DNA from: Thermoplasmata archaeon
GTDB taxonomy: Archaea; Thermoplasmatota; Thermoplasmata; Thermoplasmatales; ARK-15
Reading direction: 5' to 3'
Length of the DNA: 56,020 bases
Assembly (NCBI GenBank): GCA_049967255.1
Contig: JBMFTB010000003.1
Location: forward strand, 1 to 56,020
Under the pieces are notes generated by a model. It had not been told where the DNA came from and ran no database searches. It saw only the letters and a program-made list of their open reading frames with translations. Positions 8,973 through 17,526 of the stretch are shown here, piece after piece. Made by a program: the position numbers and the translations under genes. The first letter of the stretch is position 1. The number at the start of each line of letters is the position of its first letter.

Positions 8973-10233
8973 TATAAATACCATAAGAAAGGATTTTCCA
9001 ATTTTGGAAAGAAGGTTCAATGGAAAGAGAATGATTTATCTGGACAGTACTGCCACTTCACAGAAGCCTATACAAATGATAGAAGCAATCTCTGACTATT
9101 ACAAAAAATACAATGCAAATGTTCACAGAGGTATTTATGGCCTTAGTGAGGAGGCTACGGATCTTTACGAAAAATCAAGAAAAAACATATCATCTTTTAT
9201 TAATTCAAGAAACGCTGAGAGTATTGTATTTGTTAGAAATACCACAGAGGCATTAAATCTGCTATCTTATTCGCTCGGAAAAAAATTGAAGAAAGGGGAT
9301 GAAATTGTTACTACAGTTATGGAGCACCATTCCAATATCGTTCCCTGGCAATTTTTACAGGAAAAGGGCATTAAAATAAAGTTTGTTGATATTAATGAAG
9401 ACGGTACTTTAAGAATGGAGCAGCTCAGTGAATTAATAACAAAGAGAACGAAAATAGTATCAGTCACGCATGTATCAAATGTACTTGGAACAATAAATGA
9501 TGTTGAATATATAGGTAAAATCGCCCATGAAAATGATTCATACTTTATTGTTGATGGAGCGCAGTCCGTTCCGCATATGCCTGTTGATGTTAATTCCATA
9601 GACTGCGATTTCCTTGCATTTTCAGGACACAAAATGCTCGGTCCAATGGGCATTGGCGTACTTTATGGAAAAAAAGAAATCTTAGATGAAATGGATCCAT
9701 TTATGGGTGGTGGGGAAATGATCAACGAGGTACATTTATCAGGTGCAACATGGGCTGAAGTACCTTTAAAGTTTGAGGCAGGGACTCCTAATGTGGAAGG
9801 TGCAGTTGGGCTCTCTGCTGCTGTTGATTACCTTAAAAAATTGGGTATGGACAATGTAAGGGAACATGAAAAGGAGCTTGTTAAATATGCCATGGATAGA
9901 TTAGAGAGTTTTGATGACATTACATTCTATGGCCCAAGGAATCCTGAAATTAAAGGAGGGGTGATTGCATTTAATTTCAAAAATGTAAAAAATGCAAAAA
10001 TTGCCAAGGTCCTAATGGATGAAGGTATAATGATACATCCACATGATGTTGCATCAATCCTGGATATTGATGCTGTAATGGTAAGATCAGGCCACCACTG
10101 TGCACAGCCATTAATGGAAAGGCTTGGTGTACCTGCAACATCAAGGGCTAGCTTTTATATATACAATGATAGGGATGATATTGACGAATTCATAAGAGCT
10201 TTGGTAAACGTAAAAAAGGTGTTGAAATTATGA
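8965..10233 (+). CDS. sufS: Cysteine desulfurase SufS
   Basis: YLDSTATSQKP, DGAQ, FSGHKMLGP (PLP Lys), RSGHHCAQP catalytic Cys. Confidence 0.95.
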   Translation: MIDINTIRKDFPILERRFNGKRMIYLDSTATSQKPIQMIEAISDYYKKYNANVHRGIYGLSEEATDLYEKSRKNISSFINSRNAESIVFVRNTTEALNLLSYSLGKKLKKGDEIVTTVMEHHSNIVPWQFLQEKGIKIKFVDINEDGTLRMEQLSELITKRTKIVSVTHVSNVLGTINDVEYIGKIAHENDSYFIVDGAQSVPHMPVDVNSIDCDFLAFSGHKMLGPMGIGVLYGKKEILDEMDPFMGGGEMINEVHLSGATWAEVPLKFEAGTPNVEGAVGLSAAVDYLKKLGMDNVREHEKELVKYAMDRLESFDDITFYGPRNPEIKGGVIAFNFKNVKNAKIAKVLMDEGIMIHPHDVASILDIDAVMVRSGHHCAQPLMERLGVPATSRASFYIYNDRDDIDEFIRALVNVKKVLKL

Positions 10234-10598
10234 GTTATGACATTTATATGGATTTTATTCTTGAGCATTATAAAAATCCAAGTAATTATGGCAAAATAGA
10301 AAATCCGAGCACGAGTAGCAAGGGTTTAAACCCTTTATGCGGTGATGAGCTAGAAATATACATACTTGTTGAAAAAAATGCAATAAAGGATATTAAATTC
10401 ACTGGTAAGGGTTGTGCAATTAGCCAAGCATCAGCATCAATACTAACAGAGATGGTAAAAGGTAAGGATATCGATTATGTAAAGAACCTGAAGGAAAAGG
10501 ATCTCCTTGATGCTCTTGGTATAGAAATATCACCTTCAAGGCTAAAATGCGCACTGTTAAGTTACAACACCCTTATGGAAGCGATTTCAAAGCTCTGA
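10230..10598 (+). CDS. sufU: SufU/IscU-type Fe-S scaffold or sulfur-transfer protein
   Basis: NPLCGD, GCAISQASAS, RLKCALL (three conserved Cys); last gene of the suf operon. Confidence 0.9.
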   Translation: MSYDIYMDFILEHYKNPSNYGKIENPSTSSKGLNPLCGDELEIYILVEKNAIKDIKFTGKGCAISQASASILTEMVKGKDIDYVKNLKEKDLLDALGIEISPSRLKCALLSYNTLMEAISKL

Positions 10599-11082
10599 TT
10601 ATCTCCTTCATCATATCTGGCAGGGCAGAAGGATCTGTTCCAGTTATTATATTTCCATCCCTTTCTACACTCTTGCCCGTATACATAGCACCAGCATTAA
10701 TTAAATCATCCTTTATAGAATAAAATGAAGTAATCTTTTTGTTCTTTACTATTCCTGCCGAGATAAGAAGCCATGGGCCATGGCATATTGCAGCAACAAT
10801 TTTTCCACTATCAAACATTTTTTTTATAAAATCTAAAATCTCTTTTGATCTTCTAAGGTAATCTGGCGCATAACCACCTGGAACAAAAACAGCGTCGAAA
10901 TTTTTATAATCATTTTCATCAATTATTTTATCCGATTTTAAGACCATTCCATTTTTTCCCTTGAATTCTCCCTGTTTTGTTGAAATCACAGTAACATCTA
11001 TGCCTTCTTCCTTAAATCTATACAAAGGGTAGAGGAACTCAATTTCTTCAACATAATTTTCTAACAACAGAGCAACATTCAT
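10573..11082 (-). CDS. pfpI: PfpI/DJ-1 family intracellular protease/deglycase
   Basis: EEIEFLYP, VFVPGG, AICHGPW nucleophile elbow. Confidence 0.9.
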   Translation of the reverse strand: MNVALLLENYVEEIEFLYPLYRFKEEGIDVTVISTKQGEFKGKNGMVLKSDKIIDENDYKNFDAVFVPGGYAPDYLRRSKEILDFIKKMFDSGKIVAAICHGPWLLISAGIVKNKKITSFYSIKDDLINAGAMYTGKSVERDGNIITGTDPSALPDMMKEIIRALKSLP

Positions 11083-12077
11083 AATTCTATAATGGTATTT
11101 TTAATATTTAAAATTTTAACCGGCCTGATGTATGGATTTTTTATGAATTCATATGGGGAATTTTTGAATATCATCAATGATTCTGGCCTTGAAAGGAATC
11201 TGTCCATGGTAATAGTGGATGTCTTTAATATTTCAACAGGATTAACATTAAAAAGTAGTGATGCAAAGAGCATCTCTATTCTAATGGACGGAATTGAAAT
11301 CATTGCATTATCAGTGCCAAGAGCAATGCTTATGCCTTTTTTTAAAAATCTACTAATATCCATTTTAATGTTAAAAAATAAACCTGATCTAGGGCATATG
11401 ACAATGGGCACATTCTTCTCCCTGACTTTTTCAAGATCGTAATCTTCTGCCTTATGCATATGCACAAGAAAGTCAGGATTAAGGTTCAGAATTTTATCAA
11501 TATCCTCTCTATCTCTCTCACTTGCATGAATTGCGAATAACTTTCCTTTTTCCTTTGTAATTTTTGATATTTCACTTAAAAATTTATAATCATAATCTGA
11601 AATTGAGCTCATTCCTATGCCTGCTGAGTTATTAAGGAGATATTCAATCTCATCGTAATCAAGAATGTTTTTTCCCGGTCTTGCAAGAATCATTGGCCTT
11701 GTTTTATCAAATTTTAATGATTTAATCAATTTCAATCCTTCAATTCCACCCTCCCTGAAATCAAAGAATGCTCTTAAATTTTCTTTTTCCATTATTTTCA
11801 ATGACTTTTTCATGCCTTTTATAATAGTATTTTTGCTTGCATTTTCAAGCATTTTCTGCTTGAACCCGCCTGGGCCAACGAGATCCATCACACTTATTCT
11901 AGGAACATTCTCAATGAATGAATCACCTATATGCGTGTGTGCGTTCACAAACCCGCTTAAAACAATGAAATCGGGTTTTTTATCAGTTTCCTCAAAAATT
12001 ATGCGCTTATCCTCAATACTTATAGATTTCACAGCATATTTACCATTAAAAAATACGTGTGCAACGATCTCTTTCAT
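11079..12077 (-). CDS. Metal-dependent amidohydrolase
   Basis: NAHTHIGD (HxH), IHASE, VHM, GTDN metal ligands. Confidence 0.85.
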   Translation of the reverse strand: MKEIVAHVFFNGKYAVKSISIEDKRIIFEETDKKPDFIVLSGFVNAHTHIGDSFIENVPRISVMDLVGPGGFKQKMLENASKNTIIKGMKKSLKIMEKENLRAFFDFREGGIEGLKLIKSLKFDKTRPMILARPGKNILDYDEIEYLLNNSAGIGMSSISDYDYKFLSEISKITKEKGKLFAIHASERDREDIDKILNLNPDFLVHMHKAEDYDLEKVREKNVPIVICPRSGLFFNIKMDISRFLKKGISIALGTDNAMISIPSIRIEMLFASLLFNVNPVEILKTSTITMDRFLSRPESLMIFKNSPYEFIKNPYIRPVKILNIKNTIIEL

Positions 12078-12817
12078 TTTTTCTGCCTCAATATTTCAAA
12101 ACCTTCTTCAGAGATTTTAAAGTTTTTCTCTTCAGGATCAAATCTTGTGCCTCTTGCCTTCAATATCTGCAATGATCTTGAATCGTAGCTCCTTTTAATT
12201 GTTCTTGAGAGATAGATTATGCCACCACCAAGAACCATTTCAGGTCTGATTTTTGAAACATCACCTTCATCTGTGAAAATAGCAGTGGAACCCTTTTCCA
12301 CGAAAAATCTCACAAACTTAGCCATTACAGGATTTCTCCTCTCTTCTTCAACACCAAACCTTTTTAATGTTGTAAATGAATCAATAACCACCCTATCGTA
12401 TTTTTTTTCTTTGTATTCTAACTCAAGTTTTAGTTGTAAACTTTCGAATGTTAGCTCACCTTTTTCAATATTTTTGTTCAAGCTTGAAACATCCCTTATT
12501 TCACCTTTAGCAGTCATGTCTCTCACAGGATACACTGTAGAATACAGAGATGGTGTTGGAACGGCATCCATTACGGAAAGAGAAAGAAGGTTCCAACCAA
12601 AGGATTCTGTGATAGGATTCAAAATAGAATATGGTGGTCTGTCCGTTGCTATGTAAAGGCATTTTTCACCCTGTCTTAAACCTTCATATAAAAATCTTAA
12701 AGAAAAAAGTGTTTTTCCCGTACCTGAATTTCCTGCAATAAAATATACCTTGTTTGCAGGGAGCCCACCATAAAACATATCATCCAGCCACTGTATTCCA
12801 AACTTTAACCTTTGCAT
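12074..12817 (-). CDS. KaiC/RAD55-like RecA-superfamily ATPase
   Basis: Walker A GNSGTGKT, Walker B VVIDS, C-terminal LQILKARGT motif. Confidence 0.88.
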   Translation of the reverse strand: MQRLKFGIQWLDDMFYGGLPANKVYFIAGNSGTGKTLFSLRFLYEGLRQGEKCLYIATDRPPYSILNPITESFGWNLLSLSVMDAVPTPSLYSTVYPVRDMTAKGEIRDVSSLNKNIEKGELTFESLQLKLELEYKEKKYDRVVIDSFTTLKRFGVEEERRNPVMAKFVRFFVEKGSTAIFTDEGDVSKIRPEMVLGGGIIYLSRTIKRSYDSRSLQILKARGTRFDPEEKNFKISEEGFEILRQKK

Positions 12818-12819
12818 AA

Positions 12820-13524
12820 TTATTCCACCATAAAACCGGACTCATTCAATATCAGGGGTAAAAATGTTTTTTTAAGTATGTAAGAACTCTTGACAATTTC
12901 AAGAGTGAAATCATTGCCCTCGCGTTCTATTTTTATTACAGCGTCCATCATTCTCATTATATTGTTAAGGTCATCAAAATCTTCTGCAATTATAAGTGTT
13001 GTTGAATTCTCCATCACTCTGAGGAAATCTACAAATGTTATTGCAGCCTCTTCAACTTCTACCCCGAGTGTATAGAACAGTTTCAGGGATGTGAGTGAAT
13101 CAAGAACAATTCTCTTGAATTTTCTTCTTTCAAGAATGTTTTTAAGCGTTGACCTTAAATTAAAAACATCAATTTCTTTTATCTGGTATTTCATTGAAAC
13201 ATCTTTCATCTTTAGCACTTCCGAAACCTGTGTTACCTCTCTATACGGGGCTATTTCTCTTTTTTTAGAAGTTGGTACAGCATCAATTACATTCACAATG
13301 TCAAGATTCCAGTGCATATTTTCAAAATTTTTTCTTACTTCATAAGCTGATTCATCAAGTGAAATGTATAACGTATCCTCATTTTTATCTGTACCATCAA
13401 TAAGGTATTGCAAACCTATAATTGTTTTACCTGAACCTGGAGGTCCATAAATTAAATTTACTGTATTTTCTCTCAGACCTGGAAAATAATCAGATAACCC
13501 TTTTATGCCCAAATCCAATGACAT
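12820..13524 (-). CDS. KaiC/RAD55-like RecA-superfamily ATPase
   Basis: Walker A GPPGSGKT, YISLDE, Walker B IVLDS. Confidence 0.88.
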   Translation of the reverse strand: MSLDLGIKGLSDYFPGLRENTVNLIYGPPGSGKTIIGLQYLIDGTDKNEDTLYISLDESAYEVRKNFENMHWNLDIVNVIDAVPTSKKREIAPYREVTQVSEVLKMKDVSMKYQIKEIDVFNLRSTLKNILERRKFKRIVLDSLTSLKLFYTLGVEVEEAAITFVDFLRVMENSTTLIIAEDFDDLNNIMRMMDAVIKIEREGNDFTLEIVKSSYILKKTFLPLILNESGFMVE

Positions 13525-13632
13525 CGAAAAACAAATATGAATTTAGTTTAAAAAATTTTCTTTAAAAAAATTAAATGAGAATAAAATATATATATAGTTC
13601 ATGTTTTAAGGGTTAACACTTTTGGTGGTAAT

Positions 13633-13818
13633 ATGAATTATACACGGTTTGAAAAGGCAAGGATAATTGGGGCAAGGGCATTGCAAATTTCACTTGGTGC
13701 CCCTGTATTAATAAATGTTCCTGAAAATTTTATAGATCCCGTTGACATCGCGTTGCTGGAATTTGAAAAGGGTGCAATACCCATAACCGTGCTCAGGAGC
13801 AAGAAAAATTTTACTTAA
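13633..13818 (+). CDS. rpoK: RNA polymerase subunit K (Rpo6)
   Basis: [21 protein letters not shown]. Confidence 0.95.
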   Translation: MNYTRFEKARIIGARALQISLGAPVLINVPENFIDPVDIALLEFEKGAIPITVLRSKKNFT

Positions 13819-15037
13819 TTTCAAAATCAATACCAGGTTTTGGTAAAATTACATTTTTATCGCCTATCTGTGTCATCAAAGCTTCCCTGTTTTCACCATG
13901 GAAAAGTACAACAGTCTCCGCCCCGCTTTTTTCAATGAAGTTTAAAAGTTCAGAATTACCCGCGTGTGCTGAGAAATCAAATGTTATTACATCCATGTTT
14001 ATTCTCTCTTTTACACCATTTATGTCCACAAATCCCGTATCCAGAAGCATTCTTCCATTTGTATTTTCAACCTGATATCCTGTTATGAGAACACCGCTCT
14101 TTGGATCGTTTTTCAACTGTTCTAAATAATATAAAACAGGTCCTCCCTCAAGCATTCCACCTGTTGTAATTATAACGCCTGAATCAAGTGCTTTTTTTCT
14201 ATCGCTCCTGTTCCTGACCCTTCTTGCATATTTCCTCGCGGCTTTGAACGCCTGCGCATCCTTAAGGTATGAGCTGTACTTTGCAAATATCTGGTTCACA
14301 GTGTTTGACATACCATCCACCCAGTATTCCATACCCAGTCTTTCCATAACCATCATTAGCTCCTGCGTCCTTGAAACAGCAAATGCAGGAATAAGAACTT
14401 TTCCTCTCCTATCGAGTATTTCCTCTATTTTTTCCAGAAATCTTGATTCAGTTAATGCTCTCGGTGGATGCTCTTTTCCCGCGTAGGTTGACTCTATGAA
14501 TACTATGTCCGCCTGAGGGAAATCACTTCCGCTTACGAGCCTTGTATCCACAGTGTTTAGATCACCCGTAAAAATGAACGATTTTTCATTTTTTACCAGG
14601 TAAATTGTTGAACCTGGAATATGGCCCGCATTATAAGGTATGATTTCGGTATCACCCACGATTATTTTTTTCCTGTATGAAATGTTTATGTAAAGCTTTT
14701 TCAGGTTTTCAACATCCTCTATGACGAAAGGTGAGTTATATCCCTCAATGTTCATCACCTTCACGCTATCCCTGAGTAGAAGGTCTGTCAATTCAAGTGT
14801 TAGTGGAGTGCCATATACAGGCATATTATATTTCAGAGTAAGATAAGGGAGCATACCGGAGTGATCAAGATGTGCATGCGTGAGAAAAACAGCATCGGGT
14901 TTTGGTGAATCTAAAGGGAATTTTGGAGGTTTAGTTGGTGTGATTCCATATTCAAAGAGGAAGTTTTTTCCATTGTCTGAAAGATACATCCCGAGGCTTC
15001 CCACCTCGTCTGCACCACCTAAAAATTTTATTTTCAT
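13811..15037 (-). CDS. Metallo-beta-lactamase/beta-CASP ribonuclease (aCPSF-like)
   Basis: [28 protein letters not shown]; start placed at MKIKFLGG (uncertain). Confidence 0.88.
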   Translation of the reverse strand: MKIKFLGGADEVGSLGMYLSDNGKNFLFEYGITPTKPPKFPLDSPKPDAVFLTHAHLDHSGMLPYLTLKYNMPVYGTPLTLELTDLLLRDSVKVMNIEGYNSPFVIEDVENLKKLYINISYRKKIIVGDTEIIPYNAGHIPGSTIYLVKNEKSFIFTGDLNTVDTRLVSGSDFPQADIVFIESTYAGKEHPPRALTESRFLEKIEEILDRRGKVLIPAFAVSRTQELMMVMERLGMEYWVDGMSNTVNQIFAKYSSYLKDAQAFKAARKYARRVRNRSDRKKALDSGVIITTGGMLEGGPVLYYLEQLKNDPKSGVLITGYQVENTNGRMLLDTGFVDINGVKERINMDVITFDFSAHAGNSELLNFIEKSGAETVVLFHGENREALMTQIGDKNVILPKPGIDFEIK

Positions 15038-15042
15038 CTTAA

Positions 15043-15987
15043 TCATTCCCATTCAATTGTGGCCGGTGGCTTGTTCGTAATGTCATACACAACCCTGTTT
15101 ATTTCAGGTATCTTGTTGGTAATGCTGATGGATATTTTTTCCAATATCTCATGGGGTATTTTTGAATATGTACCGGACATGCCATCAATTGAATCTATGA
15201 TTCTTATTGCCACGGTATATCCATAGGCTCTCTTGTCTCCATGCACCCCCGTAGTCTTTATTGGAAGGAGCACTGGAAAATACTGCCAAGGCTTTTTAAT
15301 CTGGCCACTTTCAACAGCTTTTTCAATTTCAATTTCCACTATTTCTGTTGCATCCCTTAAAAGATCAAGTTTTATCCTATCCACTTCGCCTACAACCCTA
15401 ATTGAAAGACCCGGTCCAGGAAAAGGCTGCCTCTCCCAGTTTTTTATACCCAAATACCTGGCAATTTCTCTTACTTCATCCTTGTAAAGGTCACGAAGTG
15501 GTTCAACAACTTTCAATTCCATATTTTCAGGCAGGCCACCAACATTATGGTGTGTTTTTATCCTGTCCCTTATACCTCCACCACTCTCAATCCAGTCAGG
15601 CGCAATGGTACCTTGGATAAGATATTTAGCATTGAAATTTTTTGCCTCATCCTCGAAATTTCTTATAAATCGTTCACCCACAATTTTCCTCTTTTCTTCA
15701 GGATCCTTAACGCCCTTTAAATGTGAAAGGAAATCATACTCCCTGTTTATTACCTTTATTTTTATATTTAAGTTATTGAAAATTCCTTCTACCCTTTCTG
15801 ATTCATTTTTTCTCATTAAACCCGTATCGATGAATATGGGAAGTAAATTTTTATCTATCGCCATATGCGCCAAAACAGCGCACACTGTACTATCAACTCC
15901 GCCCGATACTGCAATTACTGCCCTGCCATCTATCTCTTCCCTTAATTTATTTACAGTTTCTTTAACGAATTTATCTACATCAAACAT
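15043..15987 (-). CDS. guaAB: GMP synthase ATP-pyrophosphatase subunit B
   Basis: SGGVDS PP-loop, [27 protein letters not shown]; no glutaminase domain (split archaeal form). Confidence 0.93.
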   Translation of the reverse strand: MFDVDKFVKETVNKLREEIDGRAVIAVSGGVDSTVCAVLAHMAIDKNLLPIFIDTGLMRKNESERVEGIFNNLNIKIKVINREYDFLSHLKGVKDPEEKRKIVGERFIRNFEDEAKNFNAKYLIQGTIAPDWIESGGGIRDRIKTHHNVGGLPENMELKVVEPLRDLYKDEVREIARYLGIKNWERQPFPGPGLSIRVVGEVDRIKLDLLRDATEIVEIEIEKAVESGQIKKPWQYFPVLLPIKTTGVHGDKRAYGYTVAIRIIDSIDGMSGTYSKIPHEILEKISISITNKIPEINRVVYDITNKPPATIEWE

Positions 15988-16461
15988 TTAAATCAAATCC
16001 TCTAATGCTTTTTTACCAGCTTCCAATGCTTTTTCATTTTCAATTTTCATATACTCCTTTAATTTTTCATTTACATTCTTGTTGTACAATGATACTATTC
16101 TTGCAGCAAGTAAAGCACCATTCCTTGCATTGTCCAGGCCAACTACCGCTACTGGTACTCCCTTTGGCATCTGAACCATGCTAAGCAATGAATCGAATGG
16201 TACTTTACCCGATATTGGTACTCCTATAACAGGTTTTGTAGTTAATGATGAAATAAAACCTGGTAATGCTGCGCTCAAGCCCGCTACTGCAATAAATACA
16301 TTTGCATCAGAATTTTTTACAAGATTCATAAGTTCCTGCGGATTCCTGTGTGCTGAAATTATTTTTACGTCATAAGAAATACCAAGTTCCTTTAAAACAT
16401 CAACTATCTCTTTTAAATGTTCCCTGTCACTTGCACTTCCAGCCAATATTTGAACATCCAT
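15988..16461 (-). CDS. purE: N5-CAIR mutase / AIR carboxylase PurE
   Basis: GSASD, SAHR, AGLSAALPG, QMPKGVPVA; true start at MDVQ (16461), not 16629. Confidence 0.93.
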   Translation of the reverse strand: MDVQILAGSASDREHLKEIVDVLKELGISYDVKIISAHRNPQELMNLVKNSDANVFIAVAGLSAALPGFISSLTTKPVIGVPISGKVPFDSLLSMVQMPKGVPVAVVGLDNARNGALLAARIVSLYNKNVNEKLKEYMKIENEKALEAGKKALEDLI

Positions 16462-16493
16462 AAAAAAACCAAAAAGATGTAATGATTTAAAAT

Positions 16494-16796
16494 TTATGTT
16501 TTCATTATTACCAGAATGAAAATTAAAAAGCTGATAACTGCCCCAATTATTGCCCCACCTATATATGCTAGTCCAGGAATAAGTATTACATTGACAAAAT
16601 ATCCAGAATCTGAAATATGGCAGTACCAAACATATATAATGCCTACTATGAGGCCTATCAAAAGAAGCGAAATGCCTGCAATCCTACTTTTACCACTGCC
16701 AAAATAAGCTGTAAATACACCAAGTATGAAAAGCACTAGTGCAAAAATCACAAGTATAATCTGGCCGAACAGTGATAGCGTTATTGAAATGTCCAT
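16494..16796 (-). CDS. Small membrane protein (about 3 TM), unknown function
   Basis: Three hydrophobic segments, operon position between the Lrp-domain gene and purE. Confidence 0.7.
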   Translation of the reverse strand: MDISITLSLFGQIILVIFALVLFILGVFTAYFGSGKSRIAGISLLLIGLIVGIIYVWYCHISDSGYFVNVILIPGLAYIGGAIIGAVISFLIFILVIMKT

Positions 16797-16806
16797 TTTT
16801 CACACC

Positions 16807-17040
16807 TCAGAACTTAATCCCTGTTAGGGTTTTTGTATCAATTACACCGGGTATATTCCTTATCTGATCCACGACTATTTTTCCAAGCTCATTGAAATCC
16901 TTTGCTTCAATTTTTGCTATGAGATCATACTCACCAAACAATGGATGTAGTTCAATGATCTCCTTTATTTTTCTTAATTCATCGTAAACATCATGCTCCT
17001 TACCTGGAGCTGTACTAATCAACACAAATCCAATTGCCAT
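16807..17040 (-). CDS. Stand-alone Lrp/AsnC ligand-binding (RAM) domain protein
   Basis: GFVLI..PGKE, LFGEYDLIAKIEA, IRNIPGVIDTKT; GGTGA SD upstream. Confidence 0.88.
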   Translation of the reverse strand: MAIGFVLISTAPGKEHDVYDELRKIKEIIELHPLFGEYDLIAKIEAKDFNELGKIVVDQIRNIPGVIDTKTLTGIKF

Positions 17041-17121
17041 TTTTATTCACCTACATTGTTATTTTTAGGAATCGTTTAACAATATGGATTTCCATTATAA
17101 ATAATTTTTTAATTAAATTTT

Positions 17122-17424
17122 TCAATAAAGCAATACAACTGCTTGGGCATGTGGCACATTTGATATCCTTATTATATTTTCTTCGTTAACAATACCTTCT
17201 TCAATTGCTATTTTAATTACATTTTCACCGACAAGATTTATTATTGTAGCAATCTTTAAGGCATTCCTGAAAGCCTTTTCAGTAACATATGCCTCGTGAT
17301 AAAATTCCTTTTTTATTTCAATATGTAATTCACCCTCCTCAAACCTTTTTCCAAGCAGGTTTGAATCGCATGCAGCAAGTAAAGTTTCATTTTGTGTTTT
17401 CCATATCCTCATTGAAATTTTCAT
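17122..17424 (-). CDS. DUF424 family protein
   Basis: LLAACD..LLGK.FEEG, FY, ATIINLVGENVI..AIEEG..., VPHAQ. Confidence 0.85.
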   Translation of the reverse strand: MKISMRIWKTQNETLLAACDSNLLGKRFEEGELHIEIKKEFYHEAYVTEKAFRNALKIATIINLVGENVIKIAIEEGIVNEENIIRISNVPHAQAVVLLY

Positions 17425-17468
17425 CTAATATGGGTTATGTAAATCATTTAATTAATTGTTTCTAGAAA

Positions 17469-17494
17469 TAAAAATCTTCTTAAAAAGATTTTTA
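17469..17494. promoter_or_regulatory. Inverted repeat TAAAAATCTT-N6-AAGATTTTTA, candidate operator
   Basis: Perfect 10-bp arms about 33 nt upstream of the MFS-DUF47 start, in a divergent promoter region. Confidence 0.4.
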
Positions 17495-17526
17495 ACATTC
17501 ATTGCCATGTAAGTATGTGATCGGAA

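Noticed and set aside
15988-16629. Extended 213-aa PurE ORF
   Set aside because: The N-terminal extension overlaps the upstream membrane gene; the family starts at MDVQILAGS (16461)
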